From assembly GCF_009914755.1 (NCBI RefSeq), contig NC_060936.1: DNA of 64,000 nt; one strand, given 5' to 3'. Of the stretch, positions 34,414 through 50,910 are shown one piece after another. Made by a program: the position numbers and the translations under genes. The stretch's first letter is position 1, and the number at the start of each line of letters is the position of its first letter. The DNA is from the human T2T-CHM13v2.0 reference genome, Homo sapiens. The notes under the pieces are model-generated. The model did not search any database, had not been told where the DNA came from, and saw nothing but the letters and a program-made list of their open reading frames with translations.

Positions 34414-34712
34414 GGCCAGGTGCGGTGGCTCATGCCTGCAATCCCAGCACTTTGGGAGGCTGAGATGGGCAGATCACCAGAGGTCAGGAGTTCAAGACCA
34501 GCCTGGCCAACATGGTGAAACCCTGTCTCTACAAAAATACAAAAATTAGCCAGGCATGATGGCGGGTGCCTGTAATCCTAGCTACTCAGGAGGGTGGGGT
34601 GGGAGAATCGCTTGAACCCAGAAGGCGGAGGTTACAGTGAGCTCAGATTGTGCCATTGCACTCCAGCCTAGGCGACAGAGTGAGTCCCTGTCTCAAAAAA
34701 AAAAAAAAAAAA
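34414..34712 (+). mobile_element. AluSx-like
   Basis: TSD AGAAATTC(G/A)TG. Confidence 0.95.
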
Positions 34713-34998
34713 GAAATTCATGAGTCTCAGTGCACTCTATGTAAGTGACCCTTTACATTAAACCTAGGAATCAGAATGCCCAGTAAAACAATTTAAGATA
34801 CTAGTTGAGCATTTGATATGTGCAGGGAACTGTATGGGGTGCACCTGCAAACTGCAGAATAAAGTATCAGAATGATACCAAATTAAATCATTAATACATT
34901 TAGTTTAAAGGAAGTATTTAAAGTCAGCAATTTAAATATGAGAATTTTTGAGATTTAATTTTTGTTAACTCTATGAGTCTTATAAAAAATCCACTAGA

Positions 34999-35294
<296 letters not shown>

Positions 35295-38271
35295 CTAGAA
35301 TTTATTTGTTCCAAGCTCTACAAGATTAAGAAAAGAAACAAAACCCTGTGTGGATTTTACAAATTTAGAACATTGGCAATGGTCTGACTTCAATGCTGTT
35401 TCTTTTATTGTTTAGATTGACTTCATTCATTTTCTCCCAGAGCCCCTAATGTATTGAGTCCTTTATCTTGTATGCAGTCTGAATTTTTTTTCCTGATTTA
35501 CCAAAATACAAAGATTCAAGCTCTTGATTATTTTAAAACAAGACAAAAGCATGTGTCATAGTAAATACATTCCACCTGATTCAGGTAAGGCAATTACAGA
35601 GTTGATTTGTTCAGTTACTATACAAAAGTGCAGGTGTAAATCTCTGTTAATATACAAAACAGATGACCACATTGTAACACATCCATTCATCTTGCCTGGC
35701 TCACAGGGGAGAAGCAGTGTTCACATCAACAATACCTATTCATATTTTGAGAATGATGGAAATCCCACCTAAGAAATGTGGTATCAACAATACCACTTTA
35801 CAGCATATTCAATAACGCAAAAAATACATGGCAATTGGAACTTTTTGATTTCACAGTCCTGTTTTTTAACACTTGCATTTGCCTCTCTCTCCACTGTCTC
35901 AATTCATATTTGAAACGAATGGGAAAAATTTTGCAGAAGTAAAAAAAATAAATAAATAAGGCTTCCTCTTAACTGCAAAATAAATCATGACCAATTAATA
36001 ATATCACTGTTAAAAATACTATTAACAGTGTTATGGCTTTAAAAATAATAGTACTTTATTTTCTGATAATTAATAACATTTATTTTTATTTTTCTCATGC
36101 TTTTTCAAAGTATGGTGCCCCCTGTTATATTTACACTTTATTTCTTTAGTCCTTTATTGAATCACCCAGCATGTCTTTGGTTAACTTCCTCTTGTTAATA
36201 CCCATGCCCCTCTTCACCTTGTCAATGCTAATTAGAACCTTAATCTGTTTTTCCAAGGTGTTAGCCAGTTAAAGGATCACTAGCAAATTTCATGAGGTTA
36301 GTCTACTGAATCACTTACTTATTAAGCAAAGTGTTAAAAAACCAATCTTACTGAACCATATCCACTTTCTGGAAGCAGCTTCCACTAAAATTGTATTTAT
36401 ATTTAGTGTAGTGACATAAATTTGAAGTAAGACTTTTACTAAGATGGGAATGAAATGTCTATTTTTTAAGGCCAATCATGATAGAAACTTAAAAAATGAT
36501 ACAAAGTAGAATAGATTAAATTAAGGAGGCTGAAATATAGTCTTCAAAATGGACAAGAAATATTCATTAATTAAATGCCTGTAATAACCGGTTACTTTGG
36601 ACAAATTCAACATTTCTCCTTTCTTAAGGATGATCTCAAAAGGGTTCATAACCAAGAAGTTTGAATGCAAAACGAACAAAATAAACAAATCCTGAACAGG
36701 CAGGAATAGAAGAGGAAGGAAGGCTGGTGATAGTCTAAGAGAAGACTTGTAGCAGGAGCTCCTGTAGAGCAGATGAAGACCAAGGAAAAAGCCATGTGTT
36801 TGGGAAGATAAGTGCATGCTTTCAAGCCCTGGCTGCTCAAAAGAAATGTCAGACACTAGCTTATGTTCTGGTGGGTGGAGAAAAAAACAGACAGTTTTCA
36901 AGCCATGAGTGCCTTTGTCAGGACATACAATGTAATAATGCTGCTCACCCATCCTGCTTGAAAAAAAAAAATGAACTCATGCTCCTGGAAACCAAGTTCT
37001 TATGGTCTACCTGATGTAGAATCTCCTTATAACTGGAAAGAAACCAAGAGTTGTATTGGGGACAGAGATATTGATTAAGGAGCGACTTAGAACACTTTGT
37101 AAGAATAAAGACTAAGAAAAAAAATCCACTTTGAAAAATCCATGCAACAATGCATGCAGGCTTGAAAATGAAGTGGAAGTTATATTTAGAGACAGATGAA
37201 TATTGATACGGTAATGATATACTGTTAAAGTAAAAGAAATAAAGCAGCATAGAAAACAATATATGTACTATAACTGTCCTAATTACTATTCCTAAAAATA
37301 CTTTACCTAAAAAAAATTCTGAAAGGCTGTCAAAATATATCTAGGTATAGAATATAAATTTTATTTTGTTCTAACTACTCACATGTATTTTTTATTTATT
37401 AAAGCAAAAAACATGTATTACTTGTATAGCTATTAAAAATATATGAAAAGAACTATCTTAGGTCAGGGACTTCTCACCACTTTGTTGAGAAGAGGAGAAA
37501 GGGTTAAGGGTAATGAAGGAGGCTTAGCTTCCACATCTACTCATTTACTAATAAGTCTTCTAGTTGGAAACTCCCAACATCAGGACTGATAAAGAACTGA
37601 TTTGGCAACATCTTAAAACAGGGAAATTATAATTTCAAAGTGACATATATTTGTCATTACTTTCAATGAAATGAATAATTGTACAGTGTGCCTGCTAAGC
37701 TATAGAACATACTACTAATAAATTTCTATTCTATAGAAAATACAAAATATTGTTTTGGGGCATCTTTTAGAAAGAATAAAACATTTATACAAAAATTTCA
37801 AACTGAAGGTTATAAACTAATTTTTAAACAAAATACTGTACTTGAGTTCCCACTATTATTAGCACTCAGAATACACAGCTTGAATAATTAGCAGAAATGT
37901 GGACTCAACAGGCCTAACTGGTAGTCTATATAATTACATCACATAGCTATGTTTTGGCAGGCAAATGCATTTAAAAGCATAGGCAAAGATATGTTCAATG
38001 CATAGCTAAAAGAATGAAACATTTATACAGAATGGAAAGTTTAATCTTTCTACATGTGCCTGAGATAATGCAAGGTATTTTCTAAATCTAACTTGTCTAT
38101 CTGTAGTTACTATTCTATCTGTAGGTACTACTAATAAGCAATAATAGTATAAATTTTACAGTGAAGCCATTATGTAAGCTTCCTCAATTTAAAAATTTCT
38201 CTGTATATGCATTCGTCTTCCTCCTTCAGTTTTCCTTTATCAGGCCAAGCACTTCTGTCCAACAATAGGCC

Positions 38272-38581
38272 TTTTTTCTTTTTTTAGACCAGGTCTCGCT
38301 CTGTCACCCAGGCTAGAGTGCGGTGGCACGATCATGATCCTGGCTCACTGAAGCCTTGACTGCCCGTGCTCAAGTGATCCTCCACCTCAGCCTCCTGAGT
38401 AGCTGGGACCGCAGACACGTGTCACCACACCCAGCTAATTTTTTTAAAAAAATTATCATTTGTAGAGATGAGATCTCACTTTATTGCCCAGGCTAGGCTT
38501 GAACTCCTGGGCTCTGGCAATCCTTCTACTTAGGCCTCCCCAAGTGCTGGGATTACAGGTGTGAGCCACAAGGCCCAGTCC
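38272..38581 (-). mobile_element. AluJ
   Basis: J-type arms. Confidence 0.92.
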
Positions 38582-38699
38582 AAATGACCTCTTAATTCTT
38601 TATCCTACTACCTTCTCACTTCATTAATGCACCCCTCTCATTTTTCTTCAATCCGCAGTTGCTTCCTCTCTCCCAACTCCTCCTTTTGGCCTACAGCAT

Positions 38700-39610
38700 G
38701 CTCAAGGTATCATTTATTGAGGGGAGGAGGGGGAGCTTTTCCTGACAGGAAGATGCTCTGGCAACTCACTAGCTCCAGCCTCCTCATTTCCAAGTCCAAC
38801 AGGAGTCCTCTCAGGTCATATCCTTCCATAACCTCTATGCCGCATCTCCTTACAAGGTTGTTTCTTGGTTTGTGTGGCACTGTCCTCTAGGAGTTTCTTT
38901 CCAACCCACCTCTTCTGGCTTATCCTACTTCTCTCAACCTCTTAACACAAAATTCTGTGCTGAGCTTCCCCTCTCTACCCTGCACTTTCTCTCATTTATC
39001 TGATTCACTCCTGTTCTTTTAGCTCTCTATGCCAAGCCGTTAATGCCCTCAATAAATCTCTCACAAGCTGCTTTTCTCCTTTTCCATTGAGGCTGTCCTA
39101 GTTCCAGAACCTCACTACTAGTCCAAGTTCTCATTCTCAATTTCTTTCTTCCTTTAAGTCATTCTACAAACTATTGATAGAGTAATCTTTCAAAGGCTCT
39201 GATTGCATCAGTCTTTTCTATTCAAATATCTTAAATGGTTCCTCACTATCTACTGTTCAAAGTTCAAACCTCCTGTTATGTGGCTCTAAGGCTTTTGATT
39301 TGCCACTATCCCTGAATATCCTACATTTTGTTCACTATGTCTGTAGGCCAAAAAATACATTGATTATGTCCACCACGCCTGCTGAAAAGGTATCCACAAT
39401 TCAAGACTCAGTTCAAACTCCATCTCCATGTTACCCCATCTCCCTAGTACGGAAGTAATCTCTTCCTTCTTCATGTATAGAAAGTACCTGACAGCTTCTT
39501 GCTGACCTTGATGTCATTCTATTTTGCCTTTAAAGGACATGGACCTTTCTTAATTCCATTAATTGAATATGACTTGCATCAGGATTCTTATTCGCTTTCC
39601 ATAGTGCCTT
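38700..39610 (+). mobile_element. L2 fragment
   Basis: Pyrimidine-rich L2-like motifs (AGAGTAATCTTTCAAA, TTCAAGACTCAGTTCAAA). Confidence 0.6.
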
Positions 39611-39631
39611 CAATGGAGGAGGCAGTGTTAA

Positions 39632-40017
<386 letters not shown>

Positions 40018-40109
40018 TCTGCCTTATTTCTGAAGAAAAGATATGGGATAAGAATTAGCTAAATACACAATATTATGTGTGTTTTTGTGAGGGGGGAGAA
40101 AAAAAATAA

Positions 40110-40457
<348 letters not shown>

Positions 40458-40513
40458 GATTCAAATCATTTCAAAGCATTTTCATTTTAATTATTTTACA
40501 AAAAGTAATTATG

Positions 40514-41047
40514 AGCAATTCCACTCTAGGTATATACCCAAGAGAATGGAAAAATATGTTCATTTAAAAACTTGTATATTTACTGTCACAGAAACATTAT
40601 TAATATCCAAAAAGTAGAAGCAGCCAAAATATCCATCAACTCTTGAATAATCAGAATGTGGCACACAGATATAATGAAATATTATTTGGCCATAAAAAGG
40701 AATCATCACTGATGTACGCTACAATGTGGATGAATCTTGAAACATTATGCTAAGTGAAGATGTCAGACACAAAAAGACACATATTGTCTTGTTCCAGTTA
40801 TACAAAATGTCCAGAGTAGGCAAATCCATAGAGACAGAAAGTAAATTAGTGCTTACCAGGGGTTGGGGATAATTGAGAGTGGCTGCTAACAGGTACAAAA
40901 TTCTTTTTGGTGTAATGAAAATGTTCTAGAGTTAGATAGTGGTGAGGTTAGATATTGTAACAACATCACAAATATACTAAAAACCTGAATTTCATAATTT
41001 AAAAAGGTAAGTTTTATATCATAAAATTTTATCTAAATTAAAAAAAA
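40514..41047 (+). mobile_element. L1MB/ME-type 3' end
   Basis: GCAATTCCACTCTAGGTATATACCCAAGAGAA...GGCAAATCCATAGAGACAGAAAGTA. Confidence 0.82.
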
Positions 41048-41094
41048 CACAAAAAACAGTTATTAGTTTCATGCCCCAAATGACAGCTTCAATT

Positions 41095-41285
41095 TGTGGT
41101 ATAAAGGAAAAGAGCTCTGACCTTTCAATCAGCAAATCTAGGTTTCAGCCAAGTCACTTAACTCTCTTACTTAACTGTGGCGTCTTTAGGATGCAGCTGA
41201 ACTTCTCTAAGCCTTCATAACCTCATCTACAAAGTGAGGATATAATGCCTTACAAAGTCACTGTGAGACTCACAATATAACATAA
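41095..41285 (+). mobile_element. MIR
   Basis: AACTTCTCTAAGCCT...CCTCATCTACAAAGTGAGGATA. Confidence 0.65.
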
Positions 41286-41569
41286 AATTATTATTTCAAA
41301 TGAATAAAATCTGATAGTTATTTTGCATGCCTAAAATGATTTTTTAAAAATCCTAAACTGTATTGAATAGCCCATAACTTCACTGAATAGTCCACAACTT
41401 TTTATTGTTGCCATGTTATCTAACCAGCTTTTGTATTGTCATATATGAATGACATCTTGGGGCCACGTAGCACTTATCCTGTAGGCACTAATAGAACAGT
41501 ACAGAGTTATTTAATTCCAATCTTCACAATGAGGGGTACATGGCCCAACAGTTATAAACACAGGCATAG

Positions 41570-41785
41570 AACTGAGTTTAAGTCCAGGTTCTGCCACAGA
41601 TCTTGAACAAACCACCTAACCTCTCTGAACATCAGTATACACCCCTGTAAAGTCTATGTAAGAATATGTATGTGAATCTACACAAATATCCATTATAGAG
41701 GTTCGTTGAGATACTCATTATATAAAGCATGTATTGTAATACCTAGCACCTAACAAGCACTCATTCAGCAATTGTTATTGTTGTT
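41570..41785 (+). mobile_element. MIR
   Basis: TCTGCCAC...AACCTCTCTGAACATCAGT...CTAGCACCTAACAAGCACTCA. Confidence 0.6.
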
Positions 41786-41844
41786 GTCCATCCTATGGAG
41801 TAACAAGTTTAAATGACGGGTCTTCAGCTACAAGACAAATTTGA

Positions 41845-42468
<624 letters not shown>

Positions 42469-43132
42469 TCTGAGGCATAACTAGGAATAGAGAAGTAGTT
42501 TGTATACTTATTTAGGTAACTAGAACAGGGGATGATTCAGTGCCCTTCCTATGTGTTTTTCTAGCATCACATGGGTCTCTGTAGCATTGCTGTACCTAAA
42601 TAGTTTGTTTCCTTATTAGTTAAGGAAGAAACATAGTCCTATTCAGCACTAGTCCAAGGCCTGACCCGAGTAGATGCTCAGTAAATGTTTACTGAGTACA
42701 TAAATGGACAAAGAGTATGGTGTTACTGGCTGCATCTATAGCCAAGCATCAAAACAAACTCAAAGCATTAACTAGACATTTTCAAATATCCATACTCTTA
42801 CATATATAAAACATTTTGCATTTTAAAAGTTTTCATTTAGGTGTCCTATAAGCTTCTTGGCATCAATACAAAGGAAAGTATATATTATTTAAAAAGATAA
42901 GAGACCGATTATAACACCCAATTGAAGTAATAAATATTCCTATCTTTAAGCGTCTGAATATATACTTTGTCTTGCCTAATGGAATTCCCTAATAGTTTTT
43001 GCAGGGCACACCTTCACAGAGCCTAACCTTGTAACACAGCAGGCACTTAATTGTACTTAGGTTACTTAAATAATTGGATAAAAATGCTTCTTGGTTGTGT
43101 AAAATTAAATGATTATATTTAATCTATAGTTC

Positions 43133-43438
43133 TTTTTTTTTTTTTTTTTTTTTTTTTAGTGGCGGAGTCTCCCTCTTTCACCCAGGCCAGACTGCAGTGG
43201 CGCTATCTTGGCTCACTCCAAGCTCCGCCTCCCGGGTTCATGCCATTCTCCTGCCTCAGCCTCCCGAGTAGCTGGGATTACAGGCACCCGCCACCGCGCC
43301 TGGCTAATTTTTTTATTTTTAGTAGAGATGGGGTTTCACCGTGTTAGCCAAGATGGTCTCGATCTCCTGACCTCGTGGTCCGCCCACCTCGGCCTCCCAA
43401 AGTGCTGGGATTACAGGCGTGAGCCACCGCGCCCGGCC
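43133..43438 (-). mobile_element. AluY derivative (Yk-like 3' variants)
   Basis: Y diagnostics plus sense-strand GATAGCGCCACTGCAGTCTGGCCTGGGTGAAAG; TSD TAATCTATAGTTCT. Confidence 0.92.
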
Positions 43439-43512
43439 TAATCTATAGTTCTATAGGATGGAAAGCTGTTATTATCAAAACTATATCTCTCCAACGGCAG
43501 CTGGCTATATCA

Positions 43513-43824
<312 letters not shown>

Positions 43825-43926
43825 TCATAAAGAAAAGCAAACATATCAATCTGTAACCAATTACAAAACTGTCTTCATTTGTCTCACATTTTTCTGTAAA
43901 TGAGGTGACAGACTGGACCCAAATAG

Positions 43927-44379
<453 letters not shown>

Positions 44380-44499
44380 TAAAAGATATGGTGTTTGTAT
44401 TCAAAATGTTTACATTAGTGAAGATACAAGAGTGTGTGATAGAAGACACTACACAGATTTTTGTTCATTGGTTTGCTAAATTAAAAATCACCCGAGAAT

Positions 44500-44960
44500 T
44501 TGCAGGAAAATAGTAGGAGTAGGAAAAGCACCTAACAGGTAGTACACTTCACACAGGATCTTGAAGGAATGGTAAAATCTGCGTAGGCAGCGAGAAGCTC
44601 CAAGCAAGGGCTTTTTGGGTGAAGTAAAAGGCAGAGACTTGAATGAGTTTGGTGTGTTTGAGAGACCGACTTCAATAGAACAGAAAGAATAGGCCCAAGA
44701 TCATAGGAAATGAAGCTGGATAAATAGTGTACAGGCAAATCAGAAAGGGTGTCGAAAGTCAAGCAGAAGAAGTTAGATTTAACATAGTGGAAAACAGGGA
44801 ACCACTGAAGCTCTCTGAAAAGGGAGTGACATGCTAGAAGTAGCATTTAAAGAAGATTCATCATGATGAGTTGGGAAAAAGAGACTGAAATGAAGGCAGG
44901 CCACTGTGGTAGTCCAGGAACGAGGCAACAAGGGTCTGAATGGGAAAGGTGCACGAGGTG
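44500..44960 (-). mobile_element. L2 fragment
   Basis: GGGAACCACTGAAG...GGGAGTGACATG...GTAGTCCAGG L2 motifs. Confidence 0.65.
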
Positions 44961-45748
44961 CAGTGCATTTTACCAGCGATGTAATGAGCCTTGAGACTAT
45001 TATGTTAGGAATTCTCAGAAACAAGGAAAAACATGGAATAAGCCAGGAGCTGGCTAGGAGACAAAGGGGTTACATTACAGATTAACACCCTGAAATTTTA
45101 AACACTAAAAGTATATTCACAACGGCTAAACATTTTTTTTTTCAAGTATCCTATAAGGAGTTTCCTTGTTTGGTTTAGTGAATTGACTGCGGGTGTCCCC
45201 TAAATTTCACATCTGTTTTGCTAACACATCCCTATGAAAATCTGCTTATGTAAGAATTAGTTTTAATATTTTCAATACGTCAACAAAGTTAACTGACCCA
45301 ATACAAGATATGAACCCTAGAGTCTCAGATTGTGAGAACGGAAAACATTCTTTATGCAGTAGTTGTCCTTATGTGTGGGGAATATGTTCTAGAACATCCA
45401 GTGGATTTATGAAACCATAGATAGTATGGAACTCTATATATACTATTTCCTTTCCTATATATACATAACTACAATGAAGCTTAATTTATAAATTAGCCAC
45501 AATACTCTTGCACTTTGGGGATGTTATTAAGTAAAATCAAGGTTAGTTGAACACAAGCACTGAGGTACCACAACAGTCAATCTGATAACCAAGACAACCA
45601 GCTACTAAGTGACGAATAGGCACGTAGCATCTACAGTGTGGATAGGCTGGATAAAGGGATAATTCATTTCCCTGGCTAGAAGGAGTAGGTCAGCAGGAGA
45701 TTTCATCACACTACTCAAAAGGGTAAGCAATTTAAAACTCATGAATGG

Positions 45749-46348
45749 GGCCAGGCACAGTGGCTCATGCCTGTAATCCCAGCACTTTGGGAGGCCAAGG
45801 CCAGAGGATCACTTGAGGCCAGACCGGATTTGGCTATGTCCCCACCCAAATCTCATCTTGAATTGTAGCTCCCACAATTCCCAAGCATTGTGGGAGGAAC
45901 TCGGTGGGAGGTGAGTGAATCATGGGGTGGGTCTTTCCCGTGCTGTTCTTGTGATACAGTCTCATGAGATCTGATGGTTTTATCAGGGGGAGTTTCTCTG
46001 CACAAGCTCTCTTTTTTGCCTGCTGCCATCCATGTAAGACATGACTTGCTCCTCCTTGCCTTCTGCCATGATTGTGAGGCCTCCCAAGCCATGTGGAACT
46101 GTGAGTCCATTAAACCTCTTTCCTGTATAAATTACCCAGCCTCAGATGTCTTTATTAGCAGCGTGAAAACAGACTAATACATCCTGTCTCTGCAATTTTT
46201 TTTTTTAATTAGCTATCTGGGAGGCCAAGGCAGGAGGGTCCCTTGAGTCTAGGAGTTTGAGGCTGAGGCTGTGGTGAGCTATGATCGCACCACTGCACTC
46301 CAGACTAGGTGGCAAAGTGAGACTCTGTCCCAAAATAAATAAATAAAA
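45749..46348 (+). mobile_element. AluJ split by a THE1B LTR
   Basis: Left part 45749-45825, right part 46182-46348; TSD TAAAACTCATGAATGG. Confidence 0.9.
45826..46181 (+). mobile_element. THE1B-like MaLR solo LTR
   Basis: TTTGGCTATGTCCCCACCCAAATCTCATCTTGAATTGTAGCTCCC...ATTAAACCTCTTTCC...AGACTAATACA. Confidence 0.92.
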
Positions 46349-47049
46349 TAAAACTCATGAATGGTTTATTTCTGCAATTTTCCACTTTAGTATTTTTAGA
46401 CCACAGTTCACCATGAGTAATTAAAACCACAGAAAGCAAGACAGGATAAGAGGGGACTATTGTATTCAAATATACATGTAAATATCTATGTTCTATTGTC
46501 ACCAAAACAAAAAAAATTTTTTTAGCTGATCTAAAATCTTAAGACACAGTCCTAACTTTATCTGAGTGGTGTACTCAGAAGAAAACAAACACACTCTGCT
46601 GAGAAAATAACATTTTAAGAAATCAACACTTCACCATGTTGTTTCCCGGGCTGTTCCATCAAATTGGGAGGAAATGATCTCAATTGAAACAAAATGAAAA
46701 ATGTTACTAAAGTGAAATTTGTCAGATTATATAATCATTTTGATGAATAATTATTAAATCTACAGTCGATCCCTGTCTCCTTCTTCCTATCCCCTTGGAA
46801 TGGGTAGTACACAATGTGGTAAGAGGAAGGGCATAAATAAGATCGGTGGATTTCATCCCTGTGTTCCCTGGTACTTTCTGAATACTTCTATTATTATAAC
46901 GCTGATTTTATTATCTATACATAATGCCATGTGTTGTTGTATCTCTTTCCATGATCACTTTCTGGTGAAGCTATGAATGAGAACTGAAATATCCAAAAAT
47001 GGCAAAAATAAGCATAACTATTCTTGCACACTGAGCTCTTCCTTTACAG

Positions 47050-47212
47050 TGTGTGGCCAAAATTATGCTTTTCATACATTATTTCATTTAATCCTCACAA
47101 CAATCCTGTGAAGTAGGTATTATAATTATATCAATTTTACAGAAGAAGAAACTGAGGTTTCGGGGAGGTTAAGGGATTTGTGCAAAGTCACAAAGCTAGT
47201 AGGTGGCAGACA
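47050..47212 (-). mobile_element. MIR
   Basis: TCATTTAATCCTCACAAC...TTTTACAGAAGAAGAAACTGAGG. Confidence 0.85.
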
Positions 47213-47501
47213 TGTTTATCTGCCACACTCTTATTAAACATTAAACTATCCTGCCAATCCCAAACCTATGTGACAGAAACTGAAAGTAAGAAATACCAGA
47301 AACCTGGATATGCTGCTGATCATGTAAAAGAATTAGGGAAGGGCATCAATTCTAAGAATTGTGTGATACAAATGATAGCTTCCTTGACTCACTTCCAACC
47401 TTTCCTTGAACTGAAAACATGGCATTCCATTCCTGAAGGAGAATGGGACACTACTATGCACTGGGAATGTAACTGTCCCCTCCCCTCTTTTAGTAGGATA
47501 A

Positions 47502-48200
<699 letters not shown>

Positions 48201-50185
48201 CAAGCTACTACTTAGATCAGCCAGTTTAAGACTAACTAGGTTGGTTGGTAACATAAAAATGATTTCTTAATAGAATATCCAGTGACCCGAGCAACTTGCA
48301 TAACTCCTACCAGTGAAACTAACCTTTAAAAAATGTTCTCAGTACATGAAATGTATTCATAAGATACTTCTAAAAATAACTCCCCACTGTAATTCCCTCC
48401 TTATGCATCTGGGCAGAGATGTCATATTTCCTTCACAAAGCTTCCTTTTATGTTGCAACAGTAAGAATCTCAATTTCAAGCTAAACCAGAACAATCTAGA
48501 ACTATAAACTTTTTCATAAGACATGATTATTTGTATTAGTATGCTATATTTTATATAAATTGTCCACATGTGATGGGACATCCTTACGTTTTTAACTCAG
48601 AACTATTTTTAACTGGAAAACAAAGCAGCTGTAGTTTTAAATTCTGTCATCCTTCCCCCATCTTTTTTCTGCTAACACGTGGCTTTCCACAAAAGGGTCA
48701 GTGTGATCTTTGCAGATCAGAGATAAGGAATATAGCCACAATAAACTAGAGAAGGTTAAGCACGTTTTAAGTAATTCAGGAGTTTAAAACTTGTCATCTA
48801 TGTATAAAACAAGCAAACAGTTATAAGTGGTTAAATAAACATGTACAAATTAATAGGATGGAGTTTGTAACTTCTACTTTTCCCTTCAACGAGTGTCATT
48901 TTGGCAGGCAGCCATATAATCTGCAATAATCTGTCATCACGAAGCACCACCCACTTCCTCTGCTTCACCCCCATCCAAGCTATGACTGGGATATTTCTGG
49001 ACTGCTAATATAACATTCAGACAATCATAAAAGGCCTCTCAATGAAAGCTGAAATTAACATAATTTGTACTTTTAAGTTTTAAACATGCATAAATCTTAA
49101 GGAAAAAGAACGTGCTATATGACATCACATTTTAAAGATTATTTGACACTTAAAATTTCCTTTTTCATACATTAGAAAGAATAGCGCCCCCATTAGTAAT
49201 ATCCACTGCAATGCTTCTTAAATGAAAACATCCTATGCATAATTATAAGACTTAATTTACACATTTAACCTGCACAGTATTATGAGTTTGGATATGACAG
49301 TCACATGTTAGCCTATGCATTTTATTTAAACCTCATTCCAAGAGACTAGTGAAGTTGGTAAAGAAATTATTAAGGTAGCTTTCCTGATTTATAACATATT
49401 TTGCATTAACTTTTTAACATACAAATGATGACATGTCAAAAAAAAAGTATCTGTTTTCCTACTTAAACTAAATTCATTTTATGGACTATAGTAGTCACAT
49501 AAATTGTTAATAACCGAATGGCCAACATGTTTTATTTTTATACTTTCATAAGTAGCTAACTCTATGTATTAAATTGATTTAAAAAGTTACAAAACAAAAT
49601 AAATGTGACCAAACCCTCTGACTTTTCTGTCTCTAAATTTGGTATTACATTCAAGAAACAGCTCTGCTTTCTATACTATTTTCCCTTTCTGTGAATGAAG
49701 AAAAATAGGAGGCAGGCTTGTTACTTTTAAAGATCTCTAGGATGAATAGTGTGCCACTTGGAGTAGCTTGATTGTAAAATATTGTTTTAAAGTAATAATA
49801 TCATCCATTAGCATAAACTGTATCCATTTAAGATGACCTTCAGTATATTTCAAGTTTTTTATTTAAAAGACTCTTCCGACAAAATATTGGTATTGTATTT
49901 CATGCTCAGCATTTACCTTAGTTATTCAGGAGAAAGAAAAAAATTAAATTTTTTTGAAAAATTGCCACTTTTATTTGTGGAATATCAAACTACAAATTAA
50001 ATTAAATAGAGCACATGAATCCAATGACTTTTGAGGTTGATTACTCTCAGCTGGACTTTGAGCTAAGGCCATAAATATTTCACATGAAATTCAACAGAGT
50101 TTACTCATTTTTTTTAACAGTGTTTAGACACAAACCATATTTATAATCAACATTAAATGTAAAATAAAATACCAATGACACTTAC

Positions 50186-50542
50186 TCACAGTAGATCTCA
50201 AACGCATGTCCTATATTTCCAGTTCAACATACTAAAGACTTTAAAAATTCCGTATTTAGCTACAACAATCAATACGATTTCCCCAGAGATGGCTTCATTT
50301 AAAAAACTGCCTCTTCCTCACAGGAAAGAAAAAACTGAACTTAAGTTATAAGAACACCCCAGGCTATCAGCACCTTCATCCCGAGAAAGGAAGTTATTAC
50401 AGACACTTAGTTTTTTAAGTGAGGCTTAAAGAGAGTACTTCCTGGTCAGACAGCTAACGTCAACAGCAATTTATACAGCTTTGCATTTCGACATTTTAGA
50501 AAGAACTCTCTAAAAATTTTTCCAGAATTTTCCCCCCAGTAC
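50186..50542 (-). other. Candidate alternative 5' UTR exon (cassette or alternative first exon)
   Basis: Acceptor TTTTCCTCTTTTGTAG|G at 50543/50542; overlapping donors ACT|GTGAGT (exon end 50190) and TGA|GTAAGT (50186); unique sequence with ETS motifs. Confidence 0.45.
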
Positions 50543-50787
50543 CTACAAAAGAGGAAAACTTGCTCAAGCTAATCTTATGTAAAAATCTATGAAAGTCTAT
50601 CAATGCTCACCGTTATGGTATCAAGTAGATATCAGAACTGGTTACTATTATTGATAATTATATCAGCTTAAGTTTTAATTATTTTACACTTAGGCACCCT
50701 CCACTCTCCCTGCATACTAGAGTAAGGTTTCAAGGAACACAATATTAGAAAGAAAAGAACCAATTTACTTACAGGAGGACAACTCAC

Positions 50788-50910
50788 CATCTCTTGATAA
50801 TGAAGAAAAGGCAACCATTCTCATTTTAATTTGCAAATTGAAAGTTAATTCTCTTTTAAACTTATGTATTTAAAAATCTTCAAGAAACTTTGTACAATAC
50901 TAAAAAGGAA
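50788..50910 (-). other. Candidate small non-coding exon
   Basis: Acceptors TTTTTATCTGCAG| (50910) or TTCCTTTTTAG| (50899); donors ATG|GTGAGT (50788) or CCT|GTAAGT (50773). Confidence 0.3.

Larger units (their letters stand above)
45357..46462 (-). mobile_element. MER44-type TcMar-Tigger element hosting AluJ and THE1B
   Basis: TIRs CAGTAGTTGTCCTTAT and ATAAGAGGGGACTATTG followed by TA; internal TACTCTTGCACTTTGGGG and GCTACTAAGTGAC. Confidence 0.85.

Noticed and set aside
36521-37014. 143-aa ORF in non-Alu sequence followed by a short A run (possible retrocopy)
   Set aside because: No recognisable protein, no TSD, and the A run does not fit the ORF strand.
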